From Folioceros fuciformis (Eukaryota), in contig JBNGIO010006373.1 of the NCBI GenBank assembly GCA_049999805.1, positions 98,231 through 162,230 of the forward strand: 64,000 bases of DNA, written 5' to 3'. The notes below the pieces were generated by a model, which saw nothing but the letters and a program-made list of their open reading frames with translations, was not told the DNA's origin and made no database searches. Both the position numbers and the translations under genes were made by a program. The number at the start of each line of letters is the position of its first letter. Position 1 is the stretch's first letter. Below, in pieces: positions 35,053 to 46,548 of the stretch.

Positions 35053-35652
35053 GGGTACATGCACGACCTAGGCTGGCTGATTCTGTACCATAGATTCGCT
35101 AACGACAAAGGCTGCGGAATTCCGAGCCCCGTCCAATTTTATTGCTTTCTTTCCTGGCTGGACTCCACTTCGCTTTTGGCGTTTTCCTTTCCTGAATATC
35201 CCGACTTCTAGAAACAAGCAGGAGTTGCGTAGAGGATGATGCTGCGCCGAGGCTCTGCTTGCGTCTAGCTACCCGTTCGCCGAGCTCGACGCCGAGTTAG
35301 CCAACCCAGAGAAGGGAGGCTGACGGAAGGGAGCGCAGCGATCGCGAATCGCGATTTGCGACCTGCAATCTCCAACTGCCTTGCCGTCTATTGGTCTCCC
35401 TTGCGAGGACGCGGCCGTGGTGCTCGCCCACCATCCATGGCCCTTGTCCCCGAGGCCTCCTCTGAGGAAGGGGCCATGGTTGTGCTGGTGTGGCCGTGAC
35501 GAAGCCCTCTGTGGCTGCTGCTGCTTCTTCTGTTGCCGTTGCCGTTGCTGTCGTTGCCTCTTGTAGGGGAGAGGCGTCGAGAGTGCACTTCCCCATCCTT
35601 CCAGTGCGGAATTGGGGTTTAACAGCTTGTCGACACGGCTGCATTTCGAGCA

Positions 35653-36904
35653 ATGAGCCTTTTTGGGCTTGGGAGGTGCGGCCCCTGCTTCATGCTGCGT
35701 GGCTCCTGTCCCGGAGCTCACTTGGAGTGGCTCTGTTGTGTGCAGGAATCAGCGGACTTTCCGGCCGAAGAAGAGCACTCCTACAGGAAGCAAGGTGAGA
35801 GCTGGGAGGCGTAGTGTGTGTGTGTGTGTGTGTGTGTTTTTTTTTGTGTTTTGCGTGTGTTAGGGCTTGGGATGTGTATTGATGTCCGTGGTCTGAGGGA
35901 TCTGTTCGTTTCTCGGGCTGCGCGTCGTGTAGGGAGCACAGCTCCGTAAGCACATTGATGCTACTCTTGGAAGTGGTAATCTGAGGGAAGCCGTGCGCCT
36001 CCCTTTAGGAGAGGATCTTCAAGAATGGCTTGCTGTCAACAGTAAGTATTTTCGTGTTCCGTTGTTATGTTGTGAAGATGCGGTGATAAGTCTGGATATG
36101 GGGCTTTGCAGCTGTTTCGCTGAGTGTCTCTTGGAGCAGGTTCTAAATTGCGCACCACGCTGTTGTGCAGCGGTTGATTTTTTCAACCAGGTGAACCTGT
36201 TGTTTGGCACTCTGACAGAGTTCTGCACGCCGGAGAATTGTCCCACCATGACTGCAGGACCGAAGTGAGGCTTGTTTCACGTGCTTGCTCCAGGTGTGCG
36301 CAAATTGCAACGAGCATAAGAATGATTCTCGTGCTCTGTGGTTGCAGATACGAGTATAGGTGGGCAGACGGTGTGCAAATAAAAAAGCCTATCGAAGTAT
36401 CTGCTCCGAAGTACGTGGAGTACTTAATGGATTGGATCGAAGGGCAGCTTGATGACGAGGCTATTTTCCCCCAAAAAATCGGTAATGTCTTCAACAGCTT
36501 GTTGCTGAGATCATAACTGACGAGAAAGGATGCCTAGCTTCATCCAAACTCTGCTGACCACGATGCTTACAGGGGCGCCCTTTCCAGCAAATTTTCGGGA
36601 GGTTGTGAAGACCATCTTCAAACGTTTGTTTCGGGTTTATGCCCATATCTATCATTCCCACTTCCAAAAGATTGTGAGTCTCAAGGAGGAGGCTCACTTG
36701 AACACTTGCTTCAAGCACTTCATCCTTTTCACTCACGTAAGCAGTCAAACTTGTCGCACCTATGTCCGATTTGATTGGGCCTCTTGTCGCCGATGCGAGG
36801 AATAACTAGCTGCATATCTGCAAGTGCAGGAATTTAACTTGGTGGACAAGAAGGAACTTGCGCCATTGCAAGAGCTCATTGATTCTATCTTCCTCCCGTA
36901 TTGA
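35653..36904 (+). CDS. MOB1: MOB kinase activator 1, 7 exons
   Basis: MSLFGLG|RNQRTFRPKKS, LRKHIDATLGSGNLREAVRLP, YEYRWADG and FKRLFRVYAHIYHSHF. TGA at 36902-36904. Confidence 0.97.
35814..35837. repeat. (GT)12 microsatellite in MOB1 intron 2
   Basis: Seen directly. Confidence 0.95.
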
Positions 36905-38429
36905 TCGTGTCCTGTTGAATACACCCAAGGGAGTATGTGACGTCAGAACAGAGCAGAGCAGGGAGCAACTCCACTCCGCTCAGATGTGTCACCTGTGGCT
37001 GTGGCTGGCTGGAGTGACAAGCACATTAGTGTGTTGCGCCGCCATGTTCCCAGCTCTCCTGTATTTTAGTAGTACTGCAGTCTCTTTTTGCACACCTGCC
37101 AGTAACCCGGTTGACATGGGAATTTGGATGATGTGGAGTCTGTACTGGTGGGCTGGATGGGGACCCTGACCCGATGCATCACCTTTTGCTCGACCTAACA
37201 GTGAAGCCTCTCACCTCAACTCATGAAGATCCCGACTAACGAAGTCGTACATGAATCTGTCCAAATAGAATTTGCTTTTCACCACCCCACCCAACACCCA
37301 CTATGGGAACCGGAAGTGCCACGAGCTTAGGCAATGACTGGGAGCCGTTCTCTTCTCCTTTCCCGGGTTGCTTGGCCCTCGTGAGGATACAGCTCGCAAT
37401 CCCTGCGCTGCGCATTCATGATAAAGCAGAAGAGAGCCGCATTGCGGGTGTCAAAAAGCTGAGACGGAGTGAAACTGTGGGCTGGAAGGAGATGCAGCAA
37501 GTTCCAGTTCCCCCAACCAACCAGCTGTGAAACCAGTGGCGGTGTGCGTGGCTATGGCGGATTGGTTGACGCCAGCCGTCAATTGGTAGGGCAGTTCAGT
37601 TCGAACCGCACCCCGGTCCGGGTGCTGGTGCCGGTCCCCGCCGTCTTTCTCCCCCAACAGCTGCCGTTGCTGATGAAAAGTTCCAGCTGCCATGGACTGT
37701 CATGAACAGATATCCAGGCAGCTGGAGGAGGCACGCATGTTTTCCCTGATGTATTTTTGTATTCATAGACGTTAAGTCTTTGTGGGTTGTAATATTCTTG
37801 TCCGGATGACAGGAGCGCACGGGTGACGACCGCAGGTCGCTTGCTACCTGGGCCTTGGAACTGTGCCATTCCCAAGCTTGCGTCCCACGGCCCTCTTCCG
37901 CTTCCTTCGTCCATCCTCATCCGCTTCCGACTTGCCTTCGTCGCCTTTGCAGCGCCCGTATTATTTCCGTGACTGTTGTTGTGAGTGCTGGGTCCGTCCC
38001 GTCTCGTCTAGTCCCGTCCTGTCCTTCTTGAGAGCTCCCGCTCCTCCTCCTCCTGCTTCTGCTGCTGCTGCTGCTGCTGCTCCTCCTGCTGCCACTGCAC
38101 CCGGGCGGGAAGCCAGGCCAGGCCGGGGCTGCCAATTGCGTTGTCGTGGCCACACTCATGAGCCGGGAATGGGGCTCTCCCGGGTCACTGTGACGCTCAT
38201 TTTGGGCTGGTCATGGAGCGTGGAGTGAGCCCGCCGGACTCGGACCGGGACTCGCACTCCAACTGGCGCCTCCTGCTGCTCTTGTGGGAGACGCTGTCTT
38301 GCTCCTTCTCATCCATCTCGTGCAGGGCGGTGCTCCAGATTACGGCCAGGCAGGAGATGTGTTCTGGGCCTCCCGGGCCCAGCCGCGCTGCTGAATTCTT
38401 TTAGAGTGTGAAGAGCACGCAGGAGCGGC

Positions 38430-41400
38430 ATGGAAGGGTACGTACCGCCTTGCAATTGGGGAGCCCACCACGTGAGCCCGTGCATGTAGATTATGTCTTT
38501 CTGCGTCCCTTGCCCGCCTCCGGAAGGTACTGCTCTCACACCGCGCCATTCTGCAGGTTGTCTGAAACCCACCTCCTGCAGCGGTACCGCCGGGACAGGC
38601 GGGAGCTCTTGAGCTTCCTGCTCTCCGCCAGTCTGTTGAGGAAGGTTGTCATGCCCCCTGGCGCAGTGTCGCTGGAGGATGTGGACCTGGACCAGATCAG
38701 TGTCGATTACGTCGTGGATTGTGCCAGGAAGAGTATGCTCTCCTTGCTGTGCCTCGAAGGCTTCTGTCTTGCCTTTCTACAGCTCATGAACGGGAGCTTT
38801 CTTGTTAACGCGCTGTGCGTGCTGCCCATGCAGATGCAGCAGTGGACCTAGCTGAAGCGATAAAGCAGTACCATGATGATCTCAGTCTGCCCCCCACGGT
38901 ACCGGCCAGTTGCACTTTAAGCACTGGCAGATTCGTCTGTGGTGCTCGGCTCCTGCGCCTGCAAATCTTTCTTCTTGACTGCTGTTTGCATTTTGACAGG
39001 CAGGTTCAGGATTGGGACAAGTCTTTTTTCTGGTCACCAATCCGGATGTCTCAGGCCCTCCTCCACACCGGCCACCGCCCCCGGTTGCGGCAGCTTCTGT
39101 AGCACCTTCTGTGTTGGGGAAATCGTACTCCCTTCGGCCCGTCTTGTCCAATATCTCGCAACAGCTGCCGGGGGAGGATGATGATGTTGATGAGCTTGAG
39201 GATACGGAGGATGACCAGGTTGAAGTTACAAGGCGCCAACTCAATGATGCTAGTGATTTAGTTCTGAGTCTCCCCCCTTTTGCAACAGGTGCCTTATTTT
39301 GCTGCTCTCGCTTCTCGCAACAGCCTTTCACTATAAAGCTATACTTGAACGTTAACCACTGCATTCTGCCTCTTCATCAATGTCCTTCGTTTTCCGTGCA
39401 GGCTTGTCGGATGATGATCTCAGAGAAACTGCGTACGAGGTTTTACTTGTATCAGTTGGTGCAGCTGGGTAAGGGGGTGCTGTTGCGGTTTTCAGTCTGT
39501 CAGGTTTAGCAGCTATTTGAGAGGTCCACCCACTCCAGCCAACGACTGAGACGTGCAATGGTGCACAGGGGCCTTATTTCACCAGCTAAGGTTGAGAGTA
39601 AAGTTGAAAGGAGATCTGAGAAGAAGTCAAAATTCGTAAAGAAGCTCACACGCACGAAGGTGGACAGGCCTGTGCCTCAGCAGCCTGCGAAAGCCACAGG
39701 TCTAGCGGGCTTGATGGAGACCATGCGAACACAGTTGGAGGTAAGGTGTTCATAGGCTGGATGCTGCTGTTTTGATTTTGTAGCAAATTGCTTCAAGTGC
39801 AAAACATATCTCTGGAAGTACACCATGCGCATGTGGTCTATCCAAGATTTTTACACAGAGGAACAAAGCTGTAACGCCTCCTAGTTGTGCTACAGATCTC
39901 TGAGGCTACTGACAGACGAACTAGGGAGGCCCTCCTGCATGCAGCGGCTGGTAGAGTTGGGAAGCGAATGGATACCCTGCTAGTTCCTCTTGAACTTCTC
40001 TCTGTCATCTCCAAGTCAGAGTTCCCAGACAGAAAGTTGTACCTGCGTTGGCAGAAGCGGCAGGTTTGTACAAAGCTTGAAGTGACATGGTCCGTTGTCT
40101 GGGTGAAGTGGGAATCATACATTTTAAGATCTTATGATCTCATGACAGTCACACTCTCATGCAGTTAAATCTCCTGGAGGAAGGTCTATTAAATCTTCCG
40201 ACTGTGAGACTGGAGCTGACGGATCGCTTGGGAACTCAGCTGCGGTCCTTGATCACAAGATTGGGAGACGTTGAGGTAAAAAACGTTCTTCTTGTGATTT
40301 GGCACAAAACCTATCCAGTTGAGATGGTGTTGGGAAACCCTGTCTGCTTCAGCCACCTGCACATTCCTCTTACACGATGTGGAAATCCTCTCCAGTCTAT
40401 TCCCGGGCCTGCAGGTGCTGCACAGCAAACAGAAACATTGAAGTCATTGAGAGAGGTGGCTGGTGCACTGGCGGAAAGAGCCAATAGGAGGGATCACACT
40501 GGGGAAGTTTGTCACTGGGCTGATGGTTACCATTTGAATGTGCGGTTATATGAAAAGCTGCTTTGCAGTGTTTTCGATGTTCTGGATGAGGGTCAGATTA
40601 TTGAGGTATGTTGCATCATCAAGTATCTGGTAGGTTTAGGTGGCACATTGTTGATCTCGTGGTCGTGCCTGATGCGCTGTTCTCTTGCTTTCAGGAAGTT
40701 GAAGAGATTTTAGAGCTGTTGAAATCGACTTGGAAAGTTTTAGGAATCACACAAACGATTCATGACACTTGCTACTCTTGGGTTTTGTTCCGGCAGGTCA
40801 GCATTGTCATAATTGCCCTTACAGAGGAACCTGTTAGCGAAAGCTTTCAACTTTCACTTACAGGCTGTCGTTTCGTCAGTTATCGGGGTTTGTTCTCACT
40901 GGTTGTCCCTTGGCAGTATGTCCTAACAGGTGAACAAGGACTTTTGGAGCACGCTACACATCAAATGAAGAGAATAGCCTCAGATGCTCAGCGTAGTGCA
41001 TCGGAAAGGGCATACATGCAATGTTTACGAACTACTCTTGAGGGGAATGATGGACCACAGGAATGTTCATTTATTCAGTCTGTGCTTATGCCAGTCAAAT
41101 TATGGGCTGACAAAAGGCTTGATGATTATCACGTGCACTTTGCCAGTGTGAGCCTTGTTTCCTTGTCCACCCTCCCTGTAGATTTCTGAAAGCGAAAGTG
41201 CTACTGAGGCCTCATGTCATAATTTTTCCTGGGGTGCTGAATCTCTACGTGTGACTCTCATGCGTGTTTTGATGTGATTCAGGAGCCAAAGAAGATGGAT
41301 ACCATCGTTACAGTGGCAATGGTGTCGGGCAGGTTGATAGCAGACGAGAATGAGCACGTTGGGGTGCGTGCTACATCCTGATCTCGGTGCTGCAACATAC

Positions 41401-44400
41401 TTTTCTTACTGGTAGCTAGGTATCTGAACATTTCACTGAGCTTGTGCAAACAATTTGTTTGTTCTTTTTTCTTCTTTTACTGGCTGCAGATCACAAGGAT
41501 GACACCATCTGCTGAAATGGCTGCGGTGGCAAAGCAAGCAGAAGATTATATATGGTCATCAGTAAAACTCGCGTATGATCGGGTGAGGGAGTGAGACATG
41601 CAGTGATTTTCTTGCTTTCCCTTTGCCTTGGCATTTGTGCTTATGGCCTCTTACGACTTTGTGTCTGATGAGCACAACTCTGAAAATGCTTGACATCTAG
41701 GTTCTGGAGGCTGTAGATGCAAGGGCGGACACAGATGGTGAGCATCCATTGGCTTTGCTTGCAGTGGAAGTCCATGCTCTGGCAAGGCGAGACGTTACTC
41801 TATTTGCTCCCATCCTTAGTCGGTGGCATCCACAAGCTGTGGCCACTACAGCAACTCTTCTGCATGGTCTTTTCCAGAAGGAGCTAGTGAGAAATCTCAC
41901 CTGTTTATTGATTGATGTTGGTGCTCCTTGTTGTATCATCAGGCTGCATCCTAGTATGCAGTCCTGCTCTGACTGTTGCTTACTGTAAGTCAATTTTGGT
42001 AAGTTTGGCTATGCTGCTTTGACACAGTCTTGCCGCTTGTTCAGAAACCATTTCTGGATGGAGTTTCTCATCTTACGGATGATGTGGCATCAGTCCTTCC
42101 TGCTGCCGACAGCCTAGAGCAATATCTATTGGATTTAATATTATCTGTCGCTGATCTGGATGATGGAAATATTTATGAGCAGCAGCTAGTTCCCTACCAG
42201 GTGAGATGTATATGAAGAGTAGTGGTTTCCGTGAAGCTTGATAGACTATGTTATCGTCTGACGGTTTCAGCACTGAGCTGATACTGTCAAGCTCAAAGAA
42301 CTCTTGAAAACCAAGTTGATGCTGGAAGACATGCTTGTCACTCATCTGATTTACTTTGCATGGTCATGCTCCTGCTTCATCAGGTTGAAGTGGTTTCGGG
42401 TACCCTTATCATGAGGTGGGTTAACATGCAGCTGAGCAAACTTAATGAGTGGATCGAACGTACCCTCCAACAAGAGGTAATGTGAAGGGGTGTCCAGGTT
42501 ACGGCTCCTAAGAGTTATGGACCCTGATCTGTGATCTGACAGTTTTCTGGCCACCTGCTGGCAGAAATGGGAAGGTTTGTCAAATCAACAGCGTCATGGA
42601 GAATCAATCGTGGAGGTCTTTCGCATCATTGAGGAGGTCTGATTTGGAGTTGGTACTTATTTTGTCTCTGTGGTTACACATCTCCGGCTTGTTTGAATCC
42701 AATGGTTGACGCAAAGTCATATTTCTCAAATTGTCATTGAGCAGACAGTTGATCAGTTCTTTGACATGAAGCTTCCGATGAGAGTTCCCCTTCTTAAGGG
42801 CCTCACCAATGGGTTGGACAATGCTCTCCAGCTGTACTGTAAAGGAGTGGCTTCAGAACTAGGTAGAAAACATTGCTGGTGTGCTGCTGTTCTGTGTCAG
42901 ATTTTCTGTTGCATGGAGCTGCATCTGTATGGACATGATGTTTCTAAACATCATGTCCATAGCGACTGTCAGGTGAGACATCAGATTTGATTCCCCCGGT
43001 TCCTAGTTTAGCTCGGTACAAGAAGGATGGATTAGTGAAAGCAGCCTTCTCCAAGAAAAAGGTTGCAGACCCCAGGCTTCCTGATGAGAGAAGGTCATCT
43101 GAAATCAACCTCTTGACAACATCCAAGCTGTGTGTCCGGCTTAACACGCTGCATGTAAGGCTCTCTGTTCCTTTGCGTCTGCTCAAGAGCTAGCCACATT
43201 TGAAGTCCCATGCTGACGTTGATCCTTTGCACAGTACATTCTGGCACAAGTAAGCATCTTGGAGGACACCATTCGTGAACGATGGGCAGTCAAGAGACCG
43301 CTAGATGATCTTTCCCGAAGTAATGGTCATTCAAGTAAGCTCACTCATGTATGAACCGTGTTTCAGCAATTGCCAAAGTGAAAGATTTCCTGTATAGTGA
43401 AGTGCGTTTCAAATAGGATGCATCCTGCACATGTAGCTTGTCTGTGTCGGAAATAATTGGGGGACACTGTGGGATCTGTTTAGAGAGCAGGCCGAGTGAT
43501 GGCGAAGTAAAAGTGAAGCGTGTGTCAGGGGCAAGGCAAGCCGATGAGCTGTCATCACTGTTCGAAGGTTCAAGAAAGGCTGCAAACAATGCAATTGACA
43601 AATTATGTGAATTCACAGGTAAGGATGTCAGTTTGTACCCTACTATTATGAAAATATTGAAGCTAAGCTCTCGCGGTGCACATGTCACAGGCTGCCTACT
43701 GCATCTAATCTTTAGTCACCATGATGGTACAGGCACGAAGATCGTTTTTTGGGACATGAGAGAAACATTTATCGACGGTTTGTACAAAGGAAGTGTCGCT
43801 CAGGCAAGAATGGAAAAAGTGGTGAACGAGTTGGATCCTGTACGTGTTTGGTGCGGGTTGCTATTATCTGAGTTCAAACAATCCTCTAGTTATGTCAAAC
43901 GTCCGAAGTTGTTCTGATGGAAGGAGCTACATTGGTGGGCAGGTCCTTGGACAACTTTGCACTGTCATCATAGAACCTTTACGAGATAGAGTTGTGCTTG
44001 GGTTGTTGCATGCTGCTTTGGTAAGCACTTTCAAATTATTGCTGCAGGAAGACTTGTTTTGTTGTCTTCGTTGTGATAAGTCCTTTGTACTTGGTGCCTA
44101 CAGGATGGCCTTCTTCGAGTGCTGCTGGATGGCGGTAGCAATCGCTCGTTTGACCAGGAAGACTCAGATATGTTGGATGAAGACTTCAATCTATTGAAGG
44201 TTGGCCTAATGCTGATACTTATGTGGACCGTTCTCCTGAGGGATGCGGGAAGTGCAAGGCAATTTGAATTTGTGAAATTCACACTGCTTCCATGTTGTGC
44301 ACAGGAATTCTTTATAGCAGACGGAGATGGCTTGCCCAGAGGTGTCGTGGACAATGCAAGTAGTCTCGTTCAGCAAGTTCTAATTCTCTACGGTCTTGAG

Positions 44401-44669
44401 GTAGGGGGTGGAAGGCCATCTGCTTAGGGTTCCTTTGCCTTTGGTCGGTACTTGTAATAAGCTTGTGATCTTCATGTCTTGTCTTGCAGGCATTCCTTGT
44501 TATCGACAACTTCAAACGGGCGAGCGAGCAGATGGTATCCACCGGTGGTGTGCCGAAAGGGGGAGGTCGAAGTGTGACAGACGCAGACACGTTGTTGCGT
44601 GTTTTGTGTCATCGGACTGACAGAGACGCGTCCAAATTTCTGAAAAAACAGTACAAAATGCCAGGCTGA
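38430..44669 (+). CDS. PATROL1: Munc13-like (DUF810) protein, PATROL1 orthologue, >20 exons
   Basis: An 8-nt first exon ATGGAAGG| is followed by LLQRYRRDRRELL..VVMPPGAVSLEDVDLDQISVDYV. Also GEVCHWADGYHLNVRLYEKLL, EFFIADGDGLPRGVV and DADTLLRVLCHR...ASKFLKKQYKMP. Confidence 0.93.
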
Positions 44670-45045
44670 TTCTGCTCGAGGATCTGTGTAATTTTTTTCT
44701 CAGCTGAACCGAGACGCGGTGAAGCTCTTGGTAGTGAATTGACCTGTTCCTCTCAACGCCGCATTTGGCAATTTGTGTGTGGAAGACGTTATTCATCACT
44801 TAATTCCCCGGTTCATGAACGACGTCGTTGAGTTTTTCCACTCCATTCCACTTACAATGAAAAAGCGCGTCGTTGTGCACTGCCAGTTTGTCCAGGACAA
44901 GATCAAAATGTGGCAGACTTTGCAACTCGGGCCAAAAAATAGAATGAGAACATTGCCCACCCTGATCCCTTGAACGACATAATGGCGTTGTTCGCAGCGC
45001 ACGCAGGAATACCTTGTTGACGCAGGCAAAACGATGGATAGACCT

Positions 45046-46407
45046 TCACCAGGCATGCTGCTGGGGCTCCAAAGCTTCAGACCTGTATTCGGATCCTGCC
45101 CCTACAACGTACCCAGCTCCCACTTGGCAGTCTCTCAAGTTGGACCTTTCCTGCAGATGCACGTTGCTACATACAATTGAGCCTTGGATCACACAACCAT
45201 CGTCAACTGTGACATAATCCATCAGAACTGAGTTCATGATCTTCACGTTGGAACCGATCCGGCAGTGGCGTCCAACAACAGAACGCTTCACACTACATTT
45301 GTCACCAAGCTGAGAGCCTTCCCCAAGCATGCAGTGAGGTCCTACTGTAGTTTTGGAACCCAAAACCGCAGTCGGATGGATGACGTTATTTTGAGGAGAG
45401 ACAGTGTAGCCCGTCAGATGAATTGCCTCCCCTGCAACATCCCGATTGATGTCTTCGAACGCCTGAATCGAGTTCAGGCGGGCACAATACTTGCCCTTGC
45501 TGGCAAGATACGCTAGGCACCTGAAAGAAGGTTGAGCCTTGCCAGCTGCCTGCAGCAGTGCAGAGGTGCTGGGCTGCACTGCTCCCCCGTCATCCGCCAC
45601 ACGCAAGCTCTCTAAACCCTCCTCCAAGCCAGAGGCTGCAACTGTGGCCAGCTGCGGTCTCAATTGGGAACGGACGAGGTAAGGTACAAGGTCCTGTTTG
45701 ATGGATCTGATACCCGGTCTGGCCTCCAGCACCTCCTTCACTTCCTTCCTGTTGAAGGCATACAGGTGCGCATCCACAAGGTCCGTGCGGATGACCATGT
45801 GCCCTGCTACCCGCAGCAAGGACCTTGCCGTCCTCACCTCCTTCAGAATCTGCGGGCCCGAGGCAAGGTAGAGCAGAGACTGCTGCGAAGGCCCTAGCCC
45901 GATGACATCTAAAGGCGCGGGCTGCTTCGATTTATCCTTCCCAGGTCCGCTCTCAGCAGCACCAGCAGTCGGCCTCCCGCAGAGGAGTGCCGTCACCACA
46001 GCCCCGTGCCGTCTGTGGGCAGCAGCCACAACGCCCAGTGGCACATCGCATACCAGGTCCCCGCTCACCACGATGAAGTCGTCAGCTGTCACGTAATGTA
46101 GCACATGCCGAAGTGCATCCGCGGTGCCGACATCCTCGGGCACCGCTGCGACCTCCACGTTCAATCGCCCAGCGAAGGCCTCGGTAATCCAGTCACTAAT
46201 TCTCCCCGCTGATTCCTCTCCTGCCACCACCACGATCAAATCCTTCAGATTGCTGGCTTCCAAAAGCTCCAGCACGTAGGACAACACCGGCCGGTTCCCC
46301 ACAGGCAGGAGCGCCTTGGGCACTTCCTTCGAGACCAGCGGGTAGAGCTTCTCCATGAGCCCTCCAGCCATCACCACAGCCTGGAACTTCATCACCGGAT
46401 CCCCCAT
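45046..46407 (-). CDS. Translation initiation factor eIF2B gamma subunit, intronless (453 aa)
   Basis: FQAVVMAGG...PKALLPVGNRPVLSY, GTADALR, VVSGDLV, DAHLYAF, and a C-terminal left-handed beta-helix (GDKCSVKRSVVGRHCRIGSNVKI). One uninterrupted ORF. Confidence 0.95.
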   Translation of the reverse strand: MGDPVMKFQAVVMAGGLMEKLYPLVSKEVPKALLPVGNRPVLSYVLELLEASNLKDLIVVVAGEESAGRISDWITEAFAGRLNVEVAAVPEDVGTADALRHVLHYVTADDFIVVSGDLVCDVPLGVVAAAHRRHGAVVTALLCGRPTAGAAESGPGKDKSKQPAPLDVIGLGPSQQSLLYLASGPQILKEVRTARSLLRVAGHMVIRTDLVDAHLYAFNRKEVKEVLEARPGIRSIKQDLVPYLVRSQLRPQLATVAASGLEEGLESLRVADDGGAVQPSTSALLQAAGKAQPSFRCLAYLASKGKYCARLNSIQAFEDINRDVAGEAIHLTGYTVSPQNNVIHPTAVLGSKTTVGPHCMLGEGSQLGDKCSVKRSVVGRHCRIGSNVKIMNSVLMDYVTVDDGCVIQGSIVCSNVHLQERSNLRDCQVGAGYVVGAGSEYRSEALEPQQHAW

Positions 46408-46548
46408 CGCTCTTGCTCAGTCTCTCCCGCCCACGGAATTCAGCGCTCACGTAAAAAGTTGTAGGGTGACTAGATACACTCTTTCCATTTTCCGCTCCCC
46501 GATGTCCTTTATCCACCTGAAGAAAAGGGTGGAGCTACCTGTGGGCAC

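Noticed and set aside
37863..38404. Poly-Ala/Pro ORFs upstream of PATROL1
   Set aside because: Produced by (CCT)n(GCT)n microsatellites in the presumed 5' UTR or promoter; homology begins at the 38430 ATG.
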